DNA from: Lepidodermella squamata
Lineage: Eukaryota > Animalia > Gastrotricha
Length of the DNA: 64,000 bases
Reading direction: 5' to 3'
NCBI GenBank assembly: GCA_047495785.1
Contig: JBLDXI010000038.1
Coordinates: 62,001 to 126,000, forward strand
Of the stretch, positions 52,347-64,000 are shown piece after piece. How positions within the stretch are numbered: position 1 is the first letter of the stretch; every line of letters begins with the position of its first letter. A program made the translations under genes and the position numbers. The notes under the pieces are model-generated. The model searched no databases and was not told where the DNA came from. It saw only the letters and a list, made by a program, of their open reading frames with translations.

Positions 52347-55300
52347 TGTGTCATTTAGTTTCATTACTTTCTTGGCCTTGAAGTATTTGTGCGTTTACTA
52401 TCTACATTACTGAGATTGGATAAGGCTGTTTGATTACTTTGACCAATTCACCATAAATACGCTGCAGCTTTGATATAAGTGCATGGTCAGGTTTTAATTT
52501 TGGTTCATTTCTGGCAGAAACCAGTTGATGACATGGTTTGGTTGTTATGCTTTTTACATTTCATCCGCGCAGTTAATTTAACAGTTTTGTACAGACAATT
52601 TCCGATTGATTTCCTTACTCTTGCAGAGCATTTTTTTGTTACGATTTGTATCATGGATGGTGGTTTCTGAAATAAAGGAAGTGAAATAGTAAAAGCCCAG
52701 GATGACTTGATAATTCGAGTGAAGCACCCGGATGTGCATTTTCGGTTGAGTGATCTTTCAATTCTGCGTGGGAGATTTAGCTCACAACATTCGATTGAAC
52801 AGAACAAACTGGAATTTACTATTTATAACTGATATGGTAATAGCAAAACAAAGTCACGGGTTTTGGCATGTGAACAAATTTTTGAAGGCAGCGTAAAAAC
52901 ACCACCGAATCAAAATCGATAATGCGAAGTATATATTTTTTATTGCGAGGTTTAGCATATCGATCATAATTAAGCTTAGTTATATACTGCCGGCTGATCT
53001 CAGGCAGAAGACCAGTTTCAAGTTCAATTCACAGAACTGCCTAATTCGCCTTCTTTGCTATGCGGATCGATTTTTCTATCGCGACTGTATGCCAAGTTAC
53101 CATCGTAATTTACATTGGCGGGATGGCGAAGCTCCACCCATCCGGGCCACAGCCTATAGATGTTTCAACTTCCTTTTTTGCCTTGAAAAACTTGAGCTGC
53201 CATTGTCGTATTGTTGAGGTTGGATTTTCATTTTTTTAGCAGAGTCTGCTAAAATATATTGTCAACTTAACGCTAAATGCAAGGGGCTAAGAAAGCTTTT
53301 ATCGCAATGCTTTGCCACTTCGCCAACAGCAGCAGAGTCGCTTATACAGCATTGCATTCGGCGCTCTCTGCTGCAAATGGCTAAGGGAAGCATTATGCAA
53401 CACCGTAGATGATATCGTTATCGCTTCTTCTCCTTCATCAATCACGTCGATTGAGTGGGTTGTTTGCAGCAAATTTGTTGTTATTGTTGTTGCAGGCTAA
53501 TATCTTTCATCTGCATCAGGCAAACACAACAAAAACCTGTTTAATGATTCGGCAAGATGCGCTCATCGTCTGATCGCCGCGCGGCCCTTTTGACATTGCG
53601 CGCAGCCTGCTCTTGCGCGCCTTGACCGCTCGCCAGGAAGCGTTCATGCCGCATCGCCTTGGTAATAAAATGATTTCGCGCGGCATATTATCCACACAAC
53701 AATCCTCATAAAATTTCCACTTGCTGTATATTCAGATATCAATTTCTCTCGAGATGGCGAGAAATGTAAAACAAATAAACCCTTGTAGGAATTATTATTG
53801 TTATTATTTTTTGTTACCTTTCGTATATACTCTCCTACCTGGCGCGATAGGCAATATTCGGAACAGAAACGTTTTATTTACCGCTTTCTTTTGAGACAAT
53901 TGCTTTCCGCGAGAGGAGGTTGTTGGCGCCAAGTCAAAATCAGGTGAATTATTCAGTAGAGCAAACGTGGCATAGGGCGTAAACTTGAATTACTAACCTT
54001 AGTATCCCTGGAGTTGTTGTCGTGCAATTAAGCTTTCGGCGCGACAATGTTGTTCTAATCACCTTCAGCCTGGTGCTCGGAATAATTACTTTCCAAGTTT
54101 TATGGCCTTGGCCGATCACTTTGTTTATTATTTGCGCAGCGCACCTGCTTACAAATTCGAGGCCGCGTCTCTTGATGGCCTCAGATTTGCACTTTTGCTA
54201 TTAGGTAGTTTGAATTATGCAACAGCTTCTTACAAAATTCAGGCAATTAGGTCCGGGGCTTCAGCAAGGGAAACGGGCGCGAATGAATCACTCGGCTGAG
54301 CCACGCCTATTTTTCGATTTTACGGCTCTAAAAAAAGTTGGAAAAGTAACATCCGGCTCAATTTCGGCTTGCTATTTATAACTTCGTGAGGGGACAATTT
54401 TTAATTGGAGCGAAATAAGCAGCGAGCGTATTTACGCTGCGGATTTTTTTCGCATTCCGCAAAAGTTTATATTGTCGGTCCGCCTTGTATTTTGTACAAC
54501 ATTCGCCTTTTGCTTTTGTTATTATTTATTTGCCGAGTTTTTAAGCGCGCGTCTCATGTTCGCGAAAACTGCACATGTGTAACCGCGCCTGATGGCTCGC
54601 TCGAAGAAAACTCGGAAACTACAGGAAATAGTAGAGTAATAAAAAATAATAATCGACAACTTTTTCTCGTAGGAAAGGCTCGGCCCATTTGTTGCTACTT
54701 CCCTCCGCTCGGCGCCGATTGTTGTTTTGTTGTGTGTGCTCGGCTACTTAGCTGAATATAGTAGTGCTTGCACAACATTTTAAAACGATACACGGCACTA
54801 TCACGCAAGATTGCGGCATAATATTTTTTAGTTTATTATTTTTAGATTATTTTAAAAGTGAATACAAACCTCTTAGAGTTTACACTTTCAAAGCTGATGT
54901 TTCGCCTGCCTGTTTTTATATCGCTGTGTACCGGATCGGGCAGGGCTACTACATGAAATACATTATTGTCATCATTATTTCCCTCACCGCCTCCACACCA
55001 GAATTTCATGCGAAATATTTTGGGCCGTCGCTCGTCTTCGATTAAGTGAACACATGCCTAGTTTTCACACACAGTATTGCGCATTATTCAATTTCAAACT
55101 GTACAGCGTATTTTCGTTATTAATTTAGACGATATTTTTCATGCTTCACTTTATTTTTTCTGCTCGCCCGCCGGGACTGTCGCTCAGCTGGCGTATACCT
55201 ATCACCAGCAAGCGCGCATTCTTCCAAAAATGTGACGCGCCTAAAATTTAGCTATGATTATTGAACATCGCGCCTGTATTTTGTTTCATCGCATCGTCAT

Positions 55301-58300
55301 CATCATCATCCTCCTACTAAAACCGGCGTGAAAATACAATGCACTTGCATACTATAATAGCTGCGCGACTTCTACTCGTTTTAATTAAATTGCCTATGTT
55401 TAATGGTCTCCGGTGACTTTTCAGGGCACGTTTTTTTTAATCCTAGGCGTCGATGTTTGTGTGTTTCCGCGACTCGCACTAGCTACAACCGCACCTGATC
55501 GTAAAATTCAAATAGGCACCTGCCTATACAATATTTTTTCATCACAGCGATTGCGGCCGCGTCATCGAGAATCTCGAAAAATAGCCCGCTGTGGTTGCGC
55601 CTTTTCACCCGAAATAGCGGACGCGTTTATCACCCAGGTGCGATCGCTTTGTTTTTACATTAATTCGCAGGTGTTTTTCGTACCCTCATGAATGCGAGAT
55701 AAGCGGCTGGTACCCGACTCGCCTAATAGGTTGTAGCTGTTGCAGCACGCCCAAGTCGAGTCTATCAATTTCGCGTCTAAATATACGTCAAAAGACGGCG
55801 CAAGAGTGAAAAGCAATGCGCCTGTTTGCCGCGAGCCCATACATCACCCGTTTTTGCGCTGTTTTGGCAGCATTTACCGCCTTTGGGCACCCCTCATGAG
55901 GATGATGAGATGCGCATCTCTCGGCGGCGCGCCTACGCAGGTAGGTTGCGCATTATCGGCTCCAACATCTACTATTTGTAGCATCTTTTGTTTTGTTATC
56001 GCTTGATTGTTTGTTTTATGGCGGTGTAATGATGATGTTGGCGCGCGTCAAGACAAGTCAGAAGCAGCCTGGCGATTAACGGCCCCCGATCGGAACACGT
56101 TCGCTAAAGCTGCAGCCTCATTGACCGCGTTAACCCCTCGCGAGATCATCTTCAATTACTCTTGTTAATATACATACACAGGCCTCGGAATTTTACGGCT
56201 GTAAAAAGGCGCTTCGGGGCGATTATTTCATTATCGCCCGGCGCCACATTTGACGCCGGCTCCAATTGCAGCGCGCACCTTTGAATGGCGTGTTGAGGTG
56301 TGTCCCTCTCTTCACACCCAGTGTCGCACGTCGCGACCAGTCTAGCAATTATATTACTTATATCTGCAACTAGATGCGATATCCGGTCACTTTTCTAAAC
56401 TATAGAGATCGTTCGCTCACTCACCTGGCTAGCGCTCAGTGTCACTTGGCCGCGAGTTCAACGTTTGACAGCGAGCAAATAAATAACAACAAATTTATAT
56501 GCCAGGGCTGGGACGAGAAGGCAGGCGCGCGCTGCCTGTGCGTCTCTTGTTTATCAAGACGTCGCGCCTATTTTTTTTCTTATACCGGTGTCGCACGTGC
56601 CTGATGCGCGCTTTGTTTTCGATAAATAATTGACATGCTCTTGCCGTTGTTGTAATAATATAACGTGAAACGAGACGACTAGCCGGCGCTTCCATTTGGC
56701 TTCCCGTTGGTCTATTTTTATTTACCGAAGTAGGCTGCGCTTTCTAGACATCTATTTCTATCCCCTAAAGGAGTTTCAAATAGGCTATTTTATATATGAT
56801 GGCAAGAATTTCAAAGGTTGAACCCGAGGTTCCGAGCTTACTCATTCCTTTCGTCTTCAACTCTCGTTTCTTCACAATTTTCGGCCTTTGCCGTCTTTCA
56901 TCTAACTTAATAAATTGGTTAAATTTCACTAATTTTGTTGATAAATTTTGCATATTCGTTATTTGCCTTGGATGGCGATGATGAGTAAAGCAACTTTGCC
57001 AACAGCAACAACAACAACAACAACGCGAATGTGCTAACGAAGTGAATGCGTGATCTTGGCGCATCACACGAGCCTAAATTTTCTTATTTGATTTTCGAAA
57101 TTTTTATTACATTATAGCCGCGTGTAGACAGAGATAGCTCCCGGTTTTTACATCGTTCACAAAAATTTCATTTGTTTTTGCTCGCTTTGTCTAGATTGTT
57201 AGATGCGACGCGGCTTTATTATTATTTTACGATCTCCACTCAGTGACCAACTACTGAAACACGGCCTCTACTCATTTCATCATCATCGCCATCATCGTCA
57301 GCCTTTTACATGATTATTGCTGTGGGATCGGGGCTCTCGGCGGCGAGTTAAGCGCGTCCGCTACTGCATGTTGCCCTCTGCGCGTGCGCTTCACTTGACG
57401 GCGCCTGGAACGCGCGCGCGCGCTTAATTTTTGCCCGCCAAAAACACATATACTCGAGCTGTAATACAGAATGGCGCTAAATTCGAGGTCGCTGGCGTAT
57501 ATTGTTATTATTATTTTAAAAACAACGAGATACTACACAAGCCGAGTAATAAGACAACAGAGTAAACAAACGGGGGCAGGAATCAAATACTGACGTAGTT
57601 ATTGGCCGCCGCGCCACACTCGTTGTATAGGAATTAGGCATTCATTCTCGATACTTACTCGCTCCAATGTGGCGATTTTTTGCCGCGCACATGTTATAGA
57701 CCCCGTGAGAAACAGATAGCAGCACTGGCAGCAGTTGATAATTACTCGGCTGCGTGCGCTTTTTTCATCAGTGCCGCGCGATGATTCGCCCTCTCGGAAT
57801 ATTAGCGACATTGTTTTTCGCTCGGCCATTTAACGGCGATTATTTTGTTTTTAGTCAACAACCACCTACCGCGCGCAGTGATGTGGATAGCATACTTTTG
57901 CAAGAACAATAAATGGCGCGAGTTCGATTTGTACAGCAGGTACGTGCCGGAAATGCTCGATTAAAAATGACCGCTTCCTTCCGCTTGAGCACATTTTTGG
58001 GCCTTTTAGCGGCCATTATTGCGTCCAAGCATCTAATCACCACCGGTGTTTTTTAAATAAATTTTTCTAATAGCTGAATATTATACTCGTAAATCGTACT
58101 TGGCAATGCACTGTATCAGTAGCAAAATGTCGATATTGGCAGTAGGCATTTCAGTGCGCTCAGGTTTTTGGTGTCTTTTACTTCAACTCCTTTTCTACTT
58201 TTATTAGGGAATCTATAATGTCGGGGAATAAGGCTTCTGTCTGGCAAAGGCCCAACTAATATTTATAGCTCCCTATCGAGAACGCTTACTCATAGGCGTT

Positions 58301-58455
58301 TCGTAAAATAAGGCTAACACCTGCCCCGTAAACAGTTTCCGGAAAGTTCCCACTGCACTAAAAACTGATTGCGAGTCCAAATTCGGCGCTAAAATTGATT
58401 ATTTATATCCATTCTAAACCGATTTTTCTTGTAATAGAAATTTAGTGCATTTGAA

Positions 58456-60160
58456 ATGTCGCCAAACGGTCGGCATAAATGCTTCTTTTTAACGCTGGTC
58501 TTGTGTCACGCCATGATTTACGTCGCCGTTGGTTCCAACAATCAGCAAACCCGCGCCATTCCACCTTCGACGAACGGAAATGCCAACGGGGCAGCCAATC
58601 AAGTGACAGCACAGCTGGTTGGCGCCCTGCCTTGCCCACTCGGCTGTGAATGTGACACGCCTGGAGTGGTGTCTTGCATCAATGCAAGGCTAGCTCGGCT
58701 ACCGCTTCGCCTACCTCAGGGCACGAAGTTTTTCTATGCCGAGCATAATCGATTTTACACGCCTATCCTCAGCCATCGAAATTTTACGAATTACGTTGGC
58801 CAGAATGGTAGGCCAACGCTGGTTGGTATGTCGCTCCACAACTGCAGCTTAACGCTAATAGGATTCCGCACTTTTTCGACCCTGAAATCACTTCAGGAGC
58901 TTGATCTCAGTAACAATCGCATCAGTATCATTGAGGATAACACATTCAACGGTCTTACTCTGAACATGCTTGATCTGTCCTATAACGTTGGAATTCAGTT
59001 TTCGAGGCAAGCATTCAGTGGCTGCACCATCCGTAGGCTCGCCTTGCGATCGGTTGGCTTGAAAAACTTCGACCTAACAATTTTCAGCTACATTTTCCCC
59101 AAGTAAGATTTTAAATTTTGTTGCAATGATTGCTCTGAATCTTATTTTTCCAGCCTTATGTCACTTTCTGTGGCTGACAATCGATTGCTGACGCTTGACT
59201 ATCGGGTTTTCAGCTGCGCCCCGAACCTGTCGACAGTTTATTTCGCCCGCAATCCTTGGTGGTGCGGAGGCGATTGCTCAACCTTGAAACTGATCAACCA
59301 TGTCGCTCGCCTTACTAGCGACCTCGTAATGGACGAGGCGCCAACTTGCCAACCGGGCTACGACGAACAACAAGATCCGGAGCTGAACAAACAAGAATGC
59401 CAAGCTAAAATTGACGAAATTAACAAAAATAACAACTCTCTGCCTAATTGCCCCGTCGCAATCATCGGCCATTCTCAGTAAGTTGAACCAAAATATGCCA
59501 TAATATACAATATTTATGGCTGAATTGTTTTATAGGAGCTCGGGTCGTTCCCTCGGCAATCAGGTGACTAGCGATGTAGGTCTTGGAGCTGATGTGACGC
59601 CAGGCGAAGAAATCGGAACAGATAGTGGCTTCGTAACCTGGGGAGACGGCATGATCGTTGCTAATTACACCAGATCAGCGACTCCGGCGCCAAGTTCCGG
59701 CGCCGCTAAATCAACTGACGACGAGAGTAATGTTTCAATTTCGCCATCGGCCGGTTGTTTCCGGCTGTCTACAGTCGTCGCCGCGTCGACAATGGCTTCG
59801 GTCGCGACGCTAGTTATCGTGTTGTCATTGTGTCTATGTGTTCGTGCCTGCTACCTCAAATGCCAAGGCCGGGACCAACCTCCAGTGCCGGGGAGTTATC
59901 ATCATCAGTTGCAGAAAAACGGCAATGGCGGCGGCGGTGGCTACACGAATGGCCACCATAAAAACGGCAACGGCAACGGGTCGGAGTACAAATCGGCGGC
60001 GAGAAGCGGCGCCACCAGCCAACAAACGCAACTTTCTGCGACATCAGTATCGCTGGTACCAAGCCAAGGCCTAAGTCAGCCTTTACTCCTACACAGTAGT
60101 TCAGATAGCAGTGGCAGTGGCCATGTAGGGGCGCGGCATGGCCGGCTCCTTGTGCCCTAA
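58456..60160 (+). CDS. Single-pass leucine-rich-repeat membrane protein
   Basis: Signal peptide, LRRNT (CPLGCEC), LRRs (LQELDLSNNRI), LRRCT (NPWWC), TM segment (ATLVIVLSLCLCV), low-complexity tail; three exons. Confidence 0.85.
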
Positions 60161-60750
60161 TTCTTGCTGTATTAATTTTTTTTTCGATCATGTTAATACA
60201 CTTTCAGTCGGTGAAGCAACATGTAAAAATATCGACAGTCAATTTATCTCTCTCAGTTTTACCAAATTATAATAATATTGTTATTATTATTTGTTTTTTT
60301 TGTCACACCTTTGTGAACCTGGATAACCTCGAAAATTTCGTTGAGGAAGACGAAACATGAATGAGATAAACCATTGGTAACGCTGTTTTCCTGTTGTTTT
60401 TTTTGAGGAAAAGAGCAAAAATTAGCCTTGAATTAAAACGACAATGAAAACGGCGTAACACCAATGTATTTAAAGCTGTTCTTTTGTTTTATCTCTCTCT
60501 GCGTTATATATTATATTCGTTCAAGTAACAGATTATAACCGCGCAAACTTAATGGCGGATTCCATAATACAATTTTATCTATTTTTTGACAACAGAAGAA
60601 TTGCGGAATAAAAAGTATTGAAATGCGACTAAAACGGATTAGTTTTGACATGTGTAGAGGGCTTTCCGCCGCTGAGGTGGATTGCTTGCGAGAATCTGAG
60701 GCCATTTTTTCCCGCTGAATTTAACTCACATTTGTTACAACGCAAGTGAC

Positions 60751-61728
60751 ATGCATCCACCTGATCTTTTTCTGCTGATATTTGCGTTTTTCCTCCCGCA
60801 GTCTCTTGCGCAAGAATGGGCGACGGCGTGGAATAACAAGAGCGGAAATAACAAGAATGCCCTCGCTCCATCGTCGAATCCGCTTCGATTATACGAAACT
60901 CCGCCGATTGTAGGCGCGCAGTTGCGAGAGATCCTCAAAGCCGGCAGTGGTGACGACGTGCCGGAAGATGTTTGCTCGACAGAGGATGAAATCAGAATTC
61001 CTGCCGATGTTCTTTCGAACGAAACAACGGCCTACCCCTTTCTTGAGTCTAGCTTACAGATCTTTCAGAATTTGACAATGCCATGTGACGGGACGATTAA
61101 AGCTTTTCGATTTCTCTCGGCAAAGCCTGAAATCTATGGTTTGCATATCGGAGTTTTTCGACGAACTTGCTCTGGAATAGTGCAACTAGTATCGGATTCC
61201 TATCTACACGGCCATAAAACGAAACAGGACGCCTTTACCTGGGTTACATGGACAGATTGGAAATCGGTCAGTGTTAAACGAGGCGATATGTTGGGCGTTT
61301 TCTACGATAGAAAAGACCTCGATTATAGATCAGTTTCTATCCCTTCGCATCGCCCAGGTACTGAAGCTTCAAAAAGTTTCTATTTAATAATAACTATTTA
61401 AACTTTAATTTCAAAGATGACCGTCATGCACGGGACACTCTGGTATTTCTGAAAGATGCATTTGGACTAGCGAGGGAAAACGGTAAAATATTGAAAAAAG
61501 TATAAAAAAAATGTATCAATTTAATAAATAGGTTGCCTGAAAGTCAGCGAAGGCCGCGCAACGCGACGAATACCAGCCCTCCAAGTGATATTGGAACCCA
61601 GCCAGCAAAAGGGTCACATTGTTCAGACACCCGAACAGGGTCCCTTTCTGTTGCTACCGATTGCCGAGGCTAAAGTCGTACAATTTCCGGGCGATAATGG
61701 CGAAGATGACATTCTGTACCTGAAATAA
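60751..61728 (+). CDS. Secreted protein of unrecognised family
   Basis: Signal peptide (LFLLIFAFFLPQSLA). Three phase-compatible exons; domain PCDGTIKAFRF...LHIGVFRR...VKRGDMLGVFY...RIPALQV; AATAAA overlaps the stop. Confidence 0.7.
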
Positions 61729-62069
61729 ATATTATACATAAATGACATAAATAAATGTTTCCTGGTTGAATGCTCGCAACACAAATTGCTATTTTTAACC
61801 TATGAGTCATCAGTCAGCAATGAGTCATACGCAAGCTCCGCCGTCAGATGCTAGATGCTATCTTTGGCGGGTATGAATCATCACCTGTGACTTGTGATCA
61901 TAACCATCTCACTGCCAAGAACGCGCGGCGAAACTATTTTGAATATTATATTTCAATCATTTTTCAAGTCAATTGCTAATTTTCACCCATTTTATCTAAG
62001 CTGCGAATATACCACGGTCTAAAAGCGTACATATTCGACCGAGCTAACTGTATTGCGAACTATTGTATC

Positions 62070-63436
62070 ATGGCAACTAGTCGCGAAATGTTCTCCAGTG
62101 ACGAAAGTAGCAGTCATAGTAGCAGAGAAATATCAGACGACGATGATCAGGAGGGCCGAGGCACCGACGAAGAGGAGGTTGGCATGCGGCCTGACGAACC
62201 GGTATTCAGGTGGTGGGAGGACTGCAGCTTGTATACAGTATATAAATCAGATAGAAAACAGTGCTTTCAATATCAAGTTTTATATTCTATGCAGATGAGC
62301 GATTTTGACACCCCCGAATCTGCGCTTGGTGCTTTGAAGAAGCTCAACTTTCCAGCATCGGCTGCTACGATTCTTCTTGGAACCGCAACGGTTGGAAATC
62401 GGAGTTTGAACGAGCGGAAGCTTGTCAAATTGCTACGCGAATTCACCAAGTAAAATAAATTTCAGAATTTAAGGAGGATGAGATGATAGCTAGCTAAAAT
62501 TCCATTATTATTTAATTCATCAGAAATGTGTTGACTGCGACCGAAGACGACAAAAAGAAGCTGAAAACGCAGCTTCTCACGCGACGCTGTCGCGGAAACT
62601 TTTGGACTGCACTCCGACAGCTGTTTCCAAATATTTCACTTGATACGGTACTAAAACGCAAAAATCTTTGTTAGCCAGTACTTTATAATAATGTGTTAAA
62701 TTGGTATTCAGAAAAGGCTCAGAAGTCGCATTGGCAATGCTGCTAGGCAATCTCGGCATTTCAGGAAATCCAATAAGGTGCAGTTCAATCGAACAACCTG
62801 CAAGGTTCGTCAGATTTTTTGTAATCTTTATTTTATAGTACCAACTGTTTTATAGCGCTCAAATAACTGCTACAAAGGTGAGGAATCAAATGGAGGATCA
62901 AATGTGGCATTATAATCGATTACTTTTTATATAGACGACTCGAACAACGAAGTTCCGAAAAAAGCTATGCGATTGGCAGCTGCAGACACCATCGCCTCCC
63001 AGGACAAAGAGCTGACTGATTCGATATGGGACGATATTTTCATTGACACCAATGAATTAACGGGTTCGCTGTTGGCTGATGATGACCATCCAATCGTTGA
63101 GCTCGCCGATGGGATTAGCCGTGAAGCTCCCACGGTGGATTTAACGCGCCTCAAGGTAAGTCCGTGTATCATCGTCAATATAATGATTTCATAATGTTGT
63201 TTTTGGCCAAGATTCCATCCGGTTATCAGCTGATAATATCCGAAGACAATGAGGTTTTAGGTCTCCTGCCGATGGCCATCTCATCAAGTCTCTGCCAGCC
63301 TGAACCTCGACCCTCGACTTCCAACGATGCATCATCTAAATGCTCTTCAATGGCTGAAGATATAATATCAAAACCTGCGTCGCCCAATCTTCTCCCACAC
63401 GACCTTGAGTCAAAATCGAAACCCAGTGTCAAATGA
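62070..63436 (+). CDS. Orphan multi-exon protein with an acidic N-terminus
   Basis: Chain of short open segments separated by AT-rich intron-like gaps. No family recognised; exon structure uncertain. Confidence 0.45.
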
Positions 63437-63786
63437 GAAGACATTTCATTTCGGCGGAAAATTACTCAAGGTCGATTCCGCTCAATCTCCAAGCTCTTTT
63501 ACTTTGCTCTATTACGCACCTCAAGCCAATTAATCCTTTTTTGCTGGTTTTAATTTGTTCCGTTTTCCATCATTTCTCAATGTTCCGTCCGAATAAAATT
63601 GCGTCTTGTTGCCTATATTTTACCGATATTTTGGAGCATATCGGTACTTAAATAAGTCGTAGAAAAGTTGATCCAAAATGGGTGTAATTACAGTTAAAAG
63701 TGACTCATCTCTGCCCGTATATACAGGGTCCTTGTTTTTATTATATTTAAGCTATAAATAAGCAAAAAATGGAGGCATTGCTTATC

Positions 63787-64000
63787 TCAGTCAGAGATTG
63801 ACACGGTAGCTAGGATCGCATCACTACTTTCAGGGATTGCAGGGGTGTTTTTCAACGAGGTCGGCGATGATTCATTCGCGTTGGCTACTCGAGATCGGAT
63901 CGAAAAATGAAGCAGTGAACGGAAACCATTCTCACGAACAGTAGAGTCGTCAGGCGTCAAAATTTGTATCACCTGACGAGTCATTGGAGCAATAATGTCC
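63787..64000 (-). CDS. Possible 3' end of a gene extending beyond the window
   Basis: Open frame from the window edge to a stop at 63787; no motif recognised. Confidence 0.3.
   Translation of the reverse strand, partial: DIIAPMTRQVIQILTPDDSTVRENGFRSLLHFSIRSRVANANESSPTSLKNTPAIPESSDAILATVSISD

Overview
Eukaryotic (invertebrate animal) nuclear DNA from a compact genome. Most introns are about 50-60 nt GT-AG, some intergenic gaps are only 150-250 nt, and CpG is not obviously depleted. Gene models were spliced by hand from the sequence. In order: the C-terminal end of a probable GT71/MNN1-like mannosyltransferase; a structured GC-rich non-coding tract interrupted by a full-length but frameshifted Tigger/pogo transposon; a co-oriented run of ABCC1/MRP-like, ADAR2-like (three dsRBDs), penta-EF-hand (PEF) gene A, a NEK11-like kinase fused to a PEF domain, PEF gene B (peflin-like, with a DNA transposon in a splice donor) and OGFOD3; USP7 head-to-head with HAPSTR1; a B-type lamin; a pseudogene/MITE region; MID1IP1/Spot14-like; a stargazin/TARP; FAM149 with an upstream X-box; an LRR membrane protein; and two orphan genes. 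The best novelty candidate is the 478-aa NEK11-kinase/penta-EF-hand chimera, a CDPK-like architecture inside a PEF tandem array that may be part of a trans-spliced operon. All homology calls come from motif recognition, not database searches.
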